A DNA stretch of 51,280 bases from a virus (Duplodnaviria > Caudoviricetes), in the IMG/VR virus record IMGVR_UViG_3300012953_007445, positions 1 to 51,280 of that record, one strand, 5' to 3'. A program made the position numbers and the translations under genes. Shown in pieces: positions 1 through 7,348 of the stretch (position 1 is its first letter; the number at the start of each line of letters is the position of its first letter). A model generated the notes under the pieces. That model was not told the DNA's origin, did not search any database, and saw only the letters and a program-made list of their open reading frames with translations.

Positions 1-174
1 AGAAAGCCAGGCGACCCAAAAACATTTTCTAGCGCTACCTCTATGGAGGCAGCCATAAAACAACTAGAGGCCGGTATCATGGCGGTGTTAGAAGTAATGC
101 CAAGAAGTGAAGTGGTTGAAGAGTTAAGAGAATACGCAAAAGACGTCGCAATGAATAGAAAACTAGGATCGTAA
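1..174 (+). CDS. 3' end of a hypothetical protein (partial)
   Basis: Frame 1 open from base 1 to TAA 172-174 (...VVEELREYAKDVAMNRKLGS*); next ATG at 176. Confidence 0.7.
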   Translation, partial: RKPGDPKTFSSATSMEAAIKQLEAGIMAVLEVMPRSEVVEELREYAKDVAMNRKLGS

Positions 175-175
175 A

Positions 176-475
176 ATGAAAATCACAAAGAACCAATTAA
201 GAAGAATCATTAAAGAAGAAAAAGCTAAACTAACAAAAGAAAAGCTAAACGAGACTCATTCCATGGAGTCTGTTAAAGATCTAAGCAGCATCATCGATGC
301 TATAGACGATATCACTAACGGAGTATATCAGAGCGATCCTGAACTGGCTAAAGATTTAGAAATGCAGGTGGAAAGACTAGCTAACCTACATGATAAACTA
401 GAACGTTCATTACAAGATAGCTCATTTCGAAAAGTAGATGATCGACGACCTACTGATGCAGATGGTTACACATGA
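176..475 (+). CDS. Leader-bearing putative internal head protein (99 aa)
   Basis: N-terminus MKITKNQLRRIIKEE, then KLNE; acidic helical body. Confidence 0.8.
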   Translation: MKITKNQLRRIIKEEKAKLTKEKLNETHSMESVKDLSSIIDAIDDITNGVYQSDPELAKDLEMQVERLANLHDKLERSLQDSSFRKVDDRRPTDADGYT

Positions 476-618
476 AATTTACAGTAAAGTTAATAGATTG
501 GCATAAAGAAAAAGTTGATAATGTCATGTATCGTATGGGATTATCTTTTTATCAACTAAATTGGCTAGCTTTTGTTAAGGGTATAGTCATTGGATATATC
601 ATTGGAGTATACACATGA
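472..618 (+). CDS. Small predicted membrane protein (48 aa), absent from the ORF track
   Basis: MKFTVKLIDWHKEKVDNVMYRMGLSFYQLNWLAFVKGIVIGYIIGVYT*; ATGA overlaps with both neighbours; hydrophobic C-terminus with GxxxG spacing. Confidence 0.75.
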   Translation: MKFTVKLIDWHKEKVDNVMYRMGLSFYQLNWLAFVKGIVIGYIIGVYT

Positions 619-914
619 AGATTACAAAGAATCAGTTAAGAAGAATTATTAGAGAAGAGAAGCAGAAGCTTTTAAAAGAAGCTCCAGCAGGACAGTACGA
701 CCGGATGTTGTATGAAAAACTAAAAGAAGCTATCAAAGAAGTAGTTTATGAAGTTGCAATAGACGAGGGTTTTGTAGAATCAAATGGCATGAACATTACT
801 ACTGAAGCTATTCAAGCGGCTGGTGCTGCACTTTCAGACGCTGCGCGCGAGTTCTACAAGGAACAGGGTATGAAGCACGATATGCCTTCTGTAAAGATCG
901 GAAAGCCTTTATGA
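615..914 (+). CDS. Leader-bearing putative internal head protein (99 aa)
   Basis: MKITKNQLRRIIREEKQKLLKE; GGAG upstream. Confidence 0.8.
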   Translation: MKITKNQLRRIIREEKQKLLKEAPAGQYDRMLYEKLKEAIKEVVYEVAIDEGFVESNGMNITTEAIQAAGAALSDAAREFYKEQGMKHDMPSVKIGKPL

Positions 915-1180
915 AGATTACCAAACGACAGTTAAGAAGAATCATTAAAGAAGAGAAGCAGAAGCTGCTTAGTGAAGTTGATTTCGTCGACTTTAATGTT
1001 CCTAGAATTCAAAAGCAAGCCTACTCTACTCTAGAAGATTTGCTCATGATGGGTCTACCTCAGTTTGTAGACGATATAAGGGCTGAAGAGTTTGCCACAT
1101 TTGAAAAAGTGGTGATGGATGCTGTGGCCGAATTGAAAGATAGAACAGTTAAAAATTATTCAGGAGATATAGTAAAATGA
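911..1180 (+). CDS. Leader-bearing putative internal head protein (89 aa)
   Basis: MKITKRQLRRIIKEEKQKLLSE; ATGA overlap. Confidence 0.8.
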   Translation: MKITKRQLRRIIKEEKQKLLSEVDFVDFNVPRIQKQAYSTLEDLLMMGLPQFVDDIRAEEFATFEKVVMDAVAELKDRTVKNYSGDIVK

Positions 1181-1518
1181 AAATCACGAAAAGACAACTT
1201 CGAAGAATTATTAAAGAAGAAAAATCTCGTATTATAAGAGAGCAAAACGATGGTCACCTTTACCCTAGGGTTATGTGGACAAATGTAGAAGAGCTAACCG
1301 ATAAGTGGCAAAGCGCAGAGTACGACTCTTTTGATGAAGGTAATCCATCAATGATGGCTATGGGAAAAACCGCAACAGAAGCCCGTCAGAGATGGAACGA
1401 TCAGATTGAAGGTGCCGCCATGGACATGGAAGCTGAAATGACTCAAAGGATCAGGAAAGTAGCTTTGCAAACTATGAAAGAGTTCTCAACTAAACTTATA
1501 AACGGAGACTACGCGTAA
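1177..1518 (+). CDS. Leader-bearing putative internal head protein (113 aa)
   Basis: MKITKRQLRRIIKEEKSRIIRE; AGGAG upstream. Confidence 0.8.
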   Translation: MKITKRQLRRIIKEEKSRIIREQNDGHLYPRVMWTNVEELTDKWQSAEYDSFDEGNPSMMAMGKTATEARQRWNDQIEGAAMDMEAEMTQRIRKVALQTMKEFSTKLINGDYA

Positions 1519-1583
1519 TGGTTACCTTTTGGGAAGCTTTGATTAAAGGTTTGTCTCTAGAAAAAAAGAAGGATAAAAGATGA
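1518..1583 (+). CDS. Candidate 21-aa peptide, absent from the ORF track
   Basis: MVTFWEALIKGLSLEKKKDKR*; TAATG overlap at start, ATGA overlap at end, GGAG upstream. Confidence 0.5.
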   Translation: MVTFWEALIKGLSLEKKKDKR

Positions 1584-2293
1584 AGATCACAGAGAAACAG
1601 TTGAGAAAAATCATTAAGGAAGAGAGGCAAAAAGTAATTGCAGAAACGAAAGTGAGAAAAGCTGTTCGTTCTATGCTGCTTGAGGCTGAGGTCGATCCTA
1701 CCCAAAAAGCTAAAGAAATTATGGTTAAATATTTCAAGATTGCTGATGATCGTTTTCACGAGTATGAAGAAAGAAGAGATTTTGATGACTGGCATACGCA
1801 AGTTCAAGAAGCTATGCTAGACGAGTTAGTAGAACCAGATTACCAGATAGTTCGAAAACACGCTCGAATCGGATTGGAATACGCTTTTAACCAATTCGTC
1901 GCGAGTGCTCCTGACATGAGTGGAAACGCTGATGATATCAAGGGAATCTTGGGAGGATATATTGAAAAACATGTTCCTGGAAGGATTGACAAAAATCCCG
2001 GGCCTATGACTAGTATTGAAATTCAATGGAATCAAGATTTCAGTGATGAATATCAGATTGAGCAAGGAAATATAAAAGCCCCGGGCGACAACATTACTCC
2101 GAGAGTTAGAAAGCCATTAAGCAGAGAATTTCTGGGGTATAGAGAAACAGGAACCGGAAATTACGGTTATCATAAAGTATCCGGTCCTTATAAACTATTA
2201 AAAAAATGGCATTTACGACATGTCGGTGGAGCGTCTCAAAAAAAATATTGGGATGACATATTTGACAAAAAAGCAGTTGTAGAAAAGGGATAA
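1580..2293 (+). CDS. Leader-bearing putative internal head protein (237 aa)
   Basis: MKITEKQLRKIIKEERQKVIAE followed by a second basic helix KVRKAVRSMLLE. Confidence 0.8.
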   Translation: MKITEKQLRKIIKEERQKVIAETKVRKAVRSMLLEAEVDPTQKAKEIMVKYFKIADDRFHEYEERRDFDDWHTQVQEAMLDELVEPDYQIVRKHARIGLEYAFNQFVASAPDMSGNADDIKGILGGYIEKHVPGRIDKNPGPMTSIEIQWNQDFSDEYQIEQGNIKAPGDNITPRVRKPLSREFLGYRETGTGNYGYHKVSGPYKLLKKWHLRHVGGASQKKYWDDIFDKKAVVEKG

Positions 2294-2296
2294 GCC

Positions 2297-2725
2297 GTGA
2301 AGATCACAAAACGACAATTAAGAAAAATTATCAAAGAAGAATTGGTAAGGGAGATGGATAGGGATGCAATGATGGATCTCGAAGCTAGAGAGCGAGCAGA
2401 GGATGTAAAACAAGATCTATCCAAACCGATCCCTATTGATGATTTACAATTCGTTGATGAAGAAGGTTATGGAGCTATGATGTTCCCAGGAGTCGGCCAC
2501 AGTTACTCAGTTAGAGAAAAAGACTTCGAAGTAGAAAAGGAAAAGCTAAAAAAGAGGTATGGAGCAGATGCTATGATATCAACTCCAGATCCTAGATATC
2601 CTAAGTCAAAGAAAATACACAGCGCTAAATTTGATCAAGCACAATCTAGAGAAAATCAAAATTTTATGAGACACCAAAAGATGATGCAGGGTCGTTTAGG
2701 GAGAAAACCAAGTCTAGGATCATGA
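2297..2725 (+). CDS. Leader-bearing putative internal head protein (142 aa)
   Basis: GTG start; MKITKRQLRKIIKEELVRE. Confidence 0.8.
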   Translation: MKITKRQLRKIIKEELVREMDRDAMMDLEARERAEDVKQDLSKPIPIDDLQFVDEEGYGAMMFPGVGHSYSVREKDFEVEKEKLKKRYGADAMISTPDPRYPKSKKIHSAKFDQAQSRENQNFMRHQKMMQGRLGRKPSLGS

Positions 2726-3564
2726 TTTTACAGGAAGAATATATAAGAGAGATTTTGCTAGAATTTGAGCTAGAGAAAAGATCTAGCCCAGAATATGGAA
2801 ATCTTTATGAATATTATTCGGGTGAAAGACTGGATGAGTTAGCACCTTTAGTAGCCATTGCAAGAGCGTTACCAATGGTAGCGCGAAGTGCTGCTCAAAT
2901 TAGTGGAAATGCAACTAAAGTTTTGAGTAATAGCTTTAAAAATGGGGTTCTTAACTTATCAAAGAACGTTACAAAATCTTTAAGTAATGCGGCTAAAGAA
3001 GCTACTGATCTTTTGAAAGCTTTAGAAGATAAAGGGATAAGTTCAAGCTCAGAAGATGATGAAAAAAAAGGCGAGGCTAAGAAAGCTATGGAAAGCATTA
3101 TGTCTCAGTTTACTCAATTCATGAATGATGCGGCTGAGCCACTTAAATATTCGAAAGATAAGAACACTGAATATCATCAAGCTTTAAAAGACTTTGGATC
3201 TAAAGTTGGAGAGATTGACAAAATGTGGACAGGTGGTGTAATATCTAAACCGAGAGATTCTTTGTCAGGTTTTGATTTTAATGATTTGGAAGGTGTTTTT
3301 AGTTATACTGAAGGGCTTCCAGAAGATTTTGGTTCAGAAGAAACCGAAGATACACAAATGCAAAAACCTGACACTTTCTCAGATAAGAAAAAAATGGAAA
3401 AGTTAAAAGGTGCCATCACTGATACATATGGTATATCATCAAAATTAATAGACGGCGATAAATTGGAATCTATGTTGGGCGGTCTTCTAGGGGCAGAAGA
3501 CGCTCCAGGACCAAAATCAAAGATAAACCCGAACTCGAGAAGAGGAGCAGGAGGAAAGAAATGA
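2722..3564 (+). CDS. Hypothetical protein (280 aa), paralog of 3561-4391
   Basis: Shared core SEDDEKK..A..AME.IM..F..F...A..H....F......ID....G; degenerate leader YIREILLE. Confidence 0.75.
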   Translation: MILQEEYIREILLEFELEKRSSPEYGNLYEYYSGERLDELAPLVAIARALPMVARSAAQISGNATKVLSNSFKNGVLNLSKNVTKSLSNAAKEATDLLKALEDKGISSSSEDDEKKGEAKKAMESIMSQFTQFMNDAAEPLKYSKDKNTEYHQALKDFGSKVGEIDKMWTGGVISKPRDSLSGFDFNDLEGVFSYTEGLPEDFGSEETEDTQMQKPDTFSDKKKMEKLKGAITDTYGISSKLIDGDKLESMLGGLLGAEDAPGPKSKINPNSRRGAGGKK

Positions 3565-4391
3565 AAGTTTCAAAAAACAAACTTAGAAGAATCATAGCAG
3601 AAGAACTATCTGGACAATCTAAAAACGATAATAGATTTATCAGAGAATCAATCAGAGAAATAATCATACAGGAAGAACTGCAGCTTGAATTCTTGGATAA
3701 GATCAAGGGAGCTTTTGGCAAGATAGCTTCTGGTGAATTTTCCAAAGATATGAAGAAAAAGATGGATGTTTTCCTTAACGGCGAAAAGCTTGAGCTTCCT
3801 GGAGAAATTACGGGAAAATTGGAAAAGGCGATGAGCGGAGCTGAGGCTCTCTTTCAGGCTATGGAAAAAGAACCGGTTACTTTATCTACCGAAGATGAGA
3901 GTAAAAAAGAAAAAGCCGCTGCAGCAATGGAAGCAATCATGAAAGACTTTGGAGAGTTTGTCAAAGAAGCTGGGCCGGCAATGACTGTTACTCCAGAAAA
4001 GAGTTCAGATACCCATAAGCGTATGAGAGAATTTACAAGTCTAATCAGTAAAATCGATCGTATATACACAGACGGAAAACGTAGAAAAGCAGATAAAACA
4101 CTTTCTAAATTTGATCCTACTTCTCTAAATCCTCTCATCTTAAAATACAAAGGTAGACCAGTTGCAGGAACAGGGAAGGGAAGTGATGATGGAGAAGAGA
4201 AAACAGCTGCGGGGAAAGCGACTGATAAACTTTTAGATAGTAGCGCAATGAAAGGTCTTAAAACTGCTTTTGGGAAAGCGAAAAGCAAAGATGCAGTGAA
4301 AGAAACTTTAAGTGCTCTTTTTGCTGAATTGCCTGAAGAATCTAAAGGGTATCTAAAGCAAGCGCTGAAAGACTTAGCAGGGGGAATGTAA
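3561..4391 (+). CDS. Leader-bearing hypothetical protein (276 aa)
   Basis: MKVSKNKLRRIIAEE then FIRESIREIIIQEELQLE; AGGAGG SD. Confidence 0.8.
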   Translation: MKVSKNKLRRIIAEELSGQSKNDNRFIRESIREIIIQEELQLEFLDKIKGAFGKIASGEFSKDMKKKMDVFLNGEKLELPGEITGKLEKAMSGAEALFQAMEKEPVTLSTEDESKKEKAAAAMEAIMKDFGEFVKEAGPAMTVTPEKSSDTHKRMREFTSLISKIDRIYTDGKRRKADKTLSKFDPTSLNPLILKYKGRPVAGTGKGSDDGEEKTAAGKATDKLLDSSAMKGLKTAFGKAKSKDAVKETLSALFAELPEESKGYLKQALKDLAGGM

Positions 4392-4392
4392 A

Positions 4393-4716
4393 GTGAGAAC
4401 TACTAAAAAAAGTATTAGAAGATTGATAAGAGAATTTATTGAAGATTTAGATCTTATCGATCTTAATCAAATCCCTCTTGACTATACGCCTCCTAAAGAA
4501 GAAATTTCTCGAGAATTTGGGAAAGGTGGAGATGCTAAAATGGCAAGAGGACAACTATTTCATATCGCAAAAAACTCTCAAAGTTTACATGATAAATTAG
4601 AAGATGAAGACCAACTTCCAGAGTGGGCTCAAAGCAAGATTGCTGTTATTAAGAGTATGTTGGACGCTGTACATGATCATTTAGATTATAAAATGCATAG
4701 AGAAGATCATGAATGA
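4393..4716 (+). CDS. Leader-bearing hypothetical protein (107 aa), paralog of 4906-5190
   Basis: MRTTKKSIRRLIRE; helical domain MARGQLFHI..LHDKLEDEDQLPEWAQSKIA..VHDHLDYK. Confidence 0.75.
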   Translation: MRTTKKSIRRLIREFIEDLDLIDLNQIPLDYTPPKEEISREFGKGGDAKMARGQLFHIAKNSQSLHDKLEDEDQLPEWAQSKIAVIKSMLDAVHDHLDYKMHREDHE

Positions 4717-4909
4717 TGACTATCCAGGGTTAGAAAAAACACTGATAGAAATAGAAGAAGATATTAAGGAAGATGAAGAACAAGATATTCTCCCTTTAAT
4801 AGATTTTGAAATAAGCATCAAAAAAAAAGAAAGCAACATTAGCGTAGAAAATATTTATAGTAAAATTAGAAAGAGATTAATTTCTGTAATTAGGAGAAAA
4901 AATTCATGA
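4709..4909 (+). CDS. Hypothetical protein (66 aa)
   Basis: Overlaps both neighbours; acidic N-half, basic C-terminus. Confidence 0.6.
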   Translation: MNDDYPGLEKTLIEIEEDIKEDEEQDILPLIDFEISIKKKESNISVENIYSKIRKRLISVIRRKNS

Positions 4910-5190
4910 GGATTAAATTAAGCACTTTAAAAAAATTTATTAGAGAAAGCTGCGGGGATGAGATTCCTAATGAAATTCCGGATGGCAGAGATCTAGACTA
5001 TAGCATGCCGGATGAAGGTAAGCATGCTAAAACTCATTTGTTTCATACCTCGGATGATGCGATGAGGCTTCACGATATATTGAGAGATAATGATAACATA
5101 CCAACCTGGTGCCTAGAGTACTTAGCTATAGCGCGTCATGGTGTTGGTGTGGTTCATGATTATCTCTCATATAAGATTCAACAAAAATAG
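4906..5190 (+). CDS. Leader-bearing hypothetical protein (94 aa), paralog of 4393-4716
   Basis: MRIKLSTLKKFIRES; HAKTHLFH..LHDILRDNDNIPTW..VHDYLSYK. Confidence 0.75.
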   Translation: MRIKLSTLKKFIRESCGDEIPNEIPDGRDLDYSMPDEGKHAKTHLFHTSDDAMRLHDILRDNDNIPTWCLEYLAIARHGVGVVHDYLSYKIQQK

Positions 5191-5243
5191 TTTATCGTTA
5201 ACTGTTCAAGATAGACTTTATAATTATAATTACGAAAACTCAG

Positions 5244-5726
5244 GTGGAGGAACTATTACCTAAAATGGATGACGATAGTAGAATTAAGCGCCTGAGAGAA
5301 TTTGTTCAACTTTATCTCAGGCGCACTATGATAATGGAGAACAAAGATGAAAAACTCAGAATTAAATTTCTTCCTAAGAAAAGCTCTTCTAAACTTGGAG
5401 AGAGCAAGAATGCTAGCGGTTCGAAAAGAAGAAGTCTTAAAAATTCGAAGAATAAATACAGCAATATTAGAAATCAAAAAATCTATAGAGAAGAAATAAA
5501 AGAAGAAATTGGTAGAAGCTATGATTCTGTTGATAACAACCCGATACAAGGGGAAAAAATATTCAGCGATTTGAAAATAGAAATATACCCGGTAGGTAAA
5601 ACATTTATGGCTTCAATCGAAGATAAGAATGGCAAGAAAATTTCTAAACTTTTTAGAGATGAAGAATCAGCTGACGTATGGGTCAGAAATAATTCTCTAA
5701 ACATGAGTAATAAATTTACTCAATAA
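5244..5726 (+). CDS. Hypothetical protein (up to 160 aa)
   Basis: Open frame; start could be GTG 5244 or the ATG eight codons later; contains IKRLREFV and IKEE. Confidence 0.65.
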   Translation: MEELLPKMDDDSRIKRLREFVQLYLRRTMIMENKDEKLRIKFLPKKSSSKLGESKNASGSKRRSLKNSKNKYSNIRNQKIYREEIKEEIGRSYDSVDNNPIQGEKIFSDLKIEIYPVGKTFMASIEDKNGKKISKLFRDEESADVWVRNNSLNMSNKFTQ

Positions 5727-6465
5727 GAATATCTATTTCTCTTTTTTTAGCATCTAAATAAGAATCTAAACAGTCAATCATATCTTTATGTTTAATAGAA
5801 AGAGAAATATGATTAAACTGAAGATGCGTTCTTTGTATTAATCCGACAATCATATCATTTTGATTAAATACTGGAGCACCTGAGGCTCCCGGGCCAGTGG
5901 GGATTCCAAAAAAAGAAAATATTTTGTGATCTCCGAAGTATCTTCCTTCTTTAATTGGAACCATACCGACGTGAAATATAGAGTAAGGAGCAGCTATAGA
6001 ATAATGCTTTTGATTCAACGTTGGTTTAAGTACTGATACTTTTGGAATTCTTTTGATGTTTATTGTTTTTTCTACCTCAATAATGCAAAGATCATATTTG
6101 AGATTAATGTATTTAATTTCTCCCTTAAGCTCTTTGCCAGTGTAAGAATTTAGTAAGATTTCTGTACTTACTTGGGATTTTTCTGGTATATCATTCCAAA
6201 TGCCATAAGCTGGGCCTAGGCAAACGTGAGCAGCAGATATAAAAGCTGTATTGTTTTTGTAACTAAAAAAGCTCCCAGAACCAAAGGCTACTTTTATTCC
6301 CATCGATTTTAAAGAACATTCTTTGGTTTTTTCATTACATTCTAAAATTTTTAATTCTACTGTAGATTGTACTTGTGCAAAAGCACTTTGATGAGGACGA
6401 ATGTCTCTGGCAGAAGCTGCACAACTAGCAATTAAAAAGCAGAAAAAAAATAAACTAAATTTCAT
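5716..6465 (-). CDS. Trypsin-like (S1) serine protease, predicted lipoprotein
   Basis: Catalytic motifs SAAHVC, DLCII, GASGAPV; signal MKFSLFFFCFLIASC with lipobox IAS-C. Confidence 0.85.
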   Translation of the reverse strand: MKFSLFFFCFLIASCAASARDIRPHQSAFAQVQSTVELKILECNEKTKECSLKSMGIKVAFGSGSFFSYKNNTAFISAAHVCLGPAYGIWNDIPEKSQVSTEILLNSYTGKELKGEIKYINLKYDLCIIEVEKTINIKRIPKVSVLKPTLNQKHYSIAAPYSIFHVGMVPIKEGRYFGDHKIFSFFGIPTGPGASGAPVFNQNDMIVGLIQRTHLQFNHISLSIKHKDMIDCLDSYLDAKKREIDILIE

Positions 6466-6542
6466 TGCTGTGTTTATAATTTTATACCTTCCTTGTTACC
6501 CTCTTATCTTTAAATATAGGAATTAATGGAGAATCATAAAAT

Positions 6543-7307
6543 ATGACAAAAAAACTTAACTGTTTGTTCGATATGGATGGAACCTTAACGCCGGCACGAG
6601 AGAAAATGAATGAAGACATGCTCGAATCTCTTCGCGCATTAGACAAAAAATTTAATATCGGAATTGTAAGTGGCTCAGGAATGAGTTATATCAAAGAACA
6701 ATGTCAAGAACTTTTACAAAGCGAAATTGATTTCGAAATATACCCGTGTAATGGAACTAGCAAGTTTTCGAAAAAAGGAAATAAAATTTCTTTATTAGAA
6801 GAAAACAATATGATAGAAAAAATTGGCACGAAAAATTTTAAAGAACTTTCTGAATCTATACTCAGAAAGCAACTGTGGTTGATTAAGAATTTTAAAAACG
6901 AATTTCAGCTTACTGGAACTTATATTCAATATCGCGATTCAATGATTAATTGGTGTATGTGTGGCAGAGATAGCGGCAAAAAAGAGAGAGAGGCTTTCTC
7001 TAGATTTGATAAAGAAAATGGAATCAGAAAAATATTAGTTTCAATGATGAAGAATGTTGATCACGATTTTGTTAATCATCTAAAATTCGCAATTGGAGGT
7101 TCTACTAGCATAGATATATACCCAACAGGTTGGGACAAAACTTTTTGCTTAAAAAACTATGATGAAGATAAAACTTATTTCATTGGGGACGCATGCGAAC
7201 CAGGACAAAATGATTTCGAAATATATAAAAAACTGAGTCCTAGATCTTATAAAGTTGATAACCCAAAAGAGACGATCGAAATCATAAACAAATTACTGGA
7301 ATTATGA
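6543..7307 (+). CDS. HAD-family (eukaryote-type PMM2/Sec53-like) phosphomannomutase
   Basis: LFDMDGTLTPAR, IGGSTSIDIYPTGWDKTFCL, FIGD...PGQNDFEIY match PMM2-type motifs. Confidence 0.88.
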   Translation: MTKKLNCLFDMDGTLTPAREKMNEDMLESLRALDKKFNIGIVSGSGMSYIKEQCQELLQSEIDFEIYPCNGTSKFSKKGNKISLLEENNMIEKIGTKNFKELSESILRKQLWLIKNFKNEFQLTGTYIQYRDSMINWCMCGRDSGKKEREAFSRFDKENGIRKILVSMMKNVDHDFVNHLKFAIGGSTSIDIYPTGWDKTFCLKNYDEDKTYFIGDACEPGQNDFEIYKKLSPRSYKVDNPKETIEIINKLLEL

Positions 7308-7332
7308 ACTGATCAACTCTAACAATTAAAAT
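7304..7332 (+). promoter_or_regulatory. Candidate sigma70-type promoter
   Basis: ATGAAC-17 nt-TAAAAT followed by GGAGG SD before ATG 7349. Confidence 0.35.
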
Positions 7333-7348
7333 TATACGGAGGTATTTT

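Larger units (their letters stand above)
176..4950 (+). repeat. Dispersed ~45-bp 5' leader repeat at ORF starts 176, 615, 911, 1177, 1580, 2297 (degenerate at 3561, 4393, 4906)
   Basis: e.g. atgaaaatcacaaagaaccaattaagaagaatcattaaagaagaa vs atgaagattaccaaacgacagttaagaagaatcattaaagaagag. Confidence 0.9.

Noticed and set aside
176-2341. Leader repeats as a CRISPR array or integron attC sites
   Set aside because: Copies are in-frame coding, vary at synonymous positions, are hundreds of bases apart and are not palindromic
5716-6465. S1 protease as the enzyme that removes the leaders after Glu
   Set aside because: It has an export/lipoprotein signal and, although Thr precedes the catalytic motif as in V8 protease, it lacks the GIH His of glutamyl endopeptidases (VGLIQ here)
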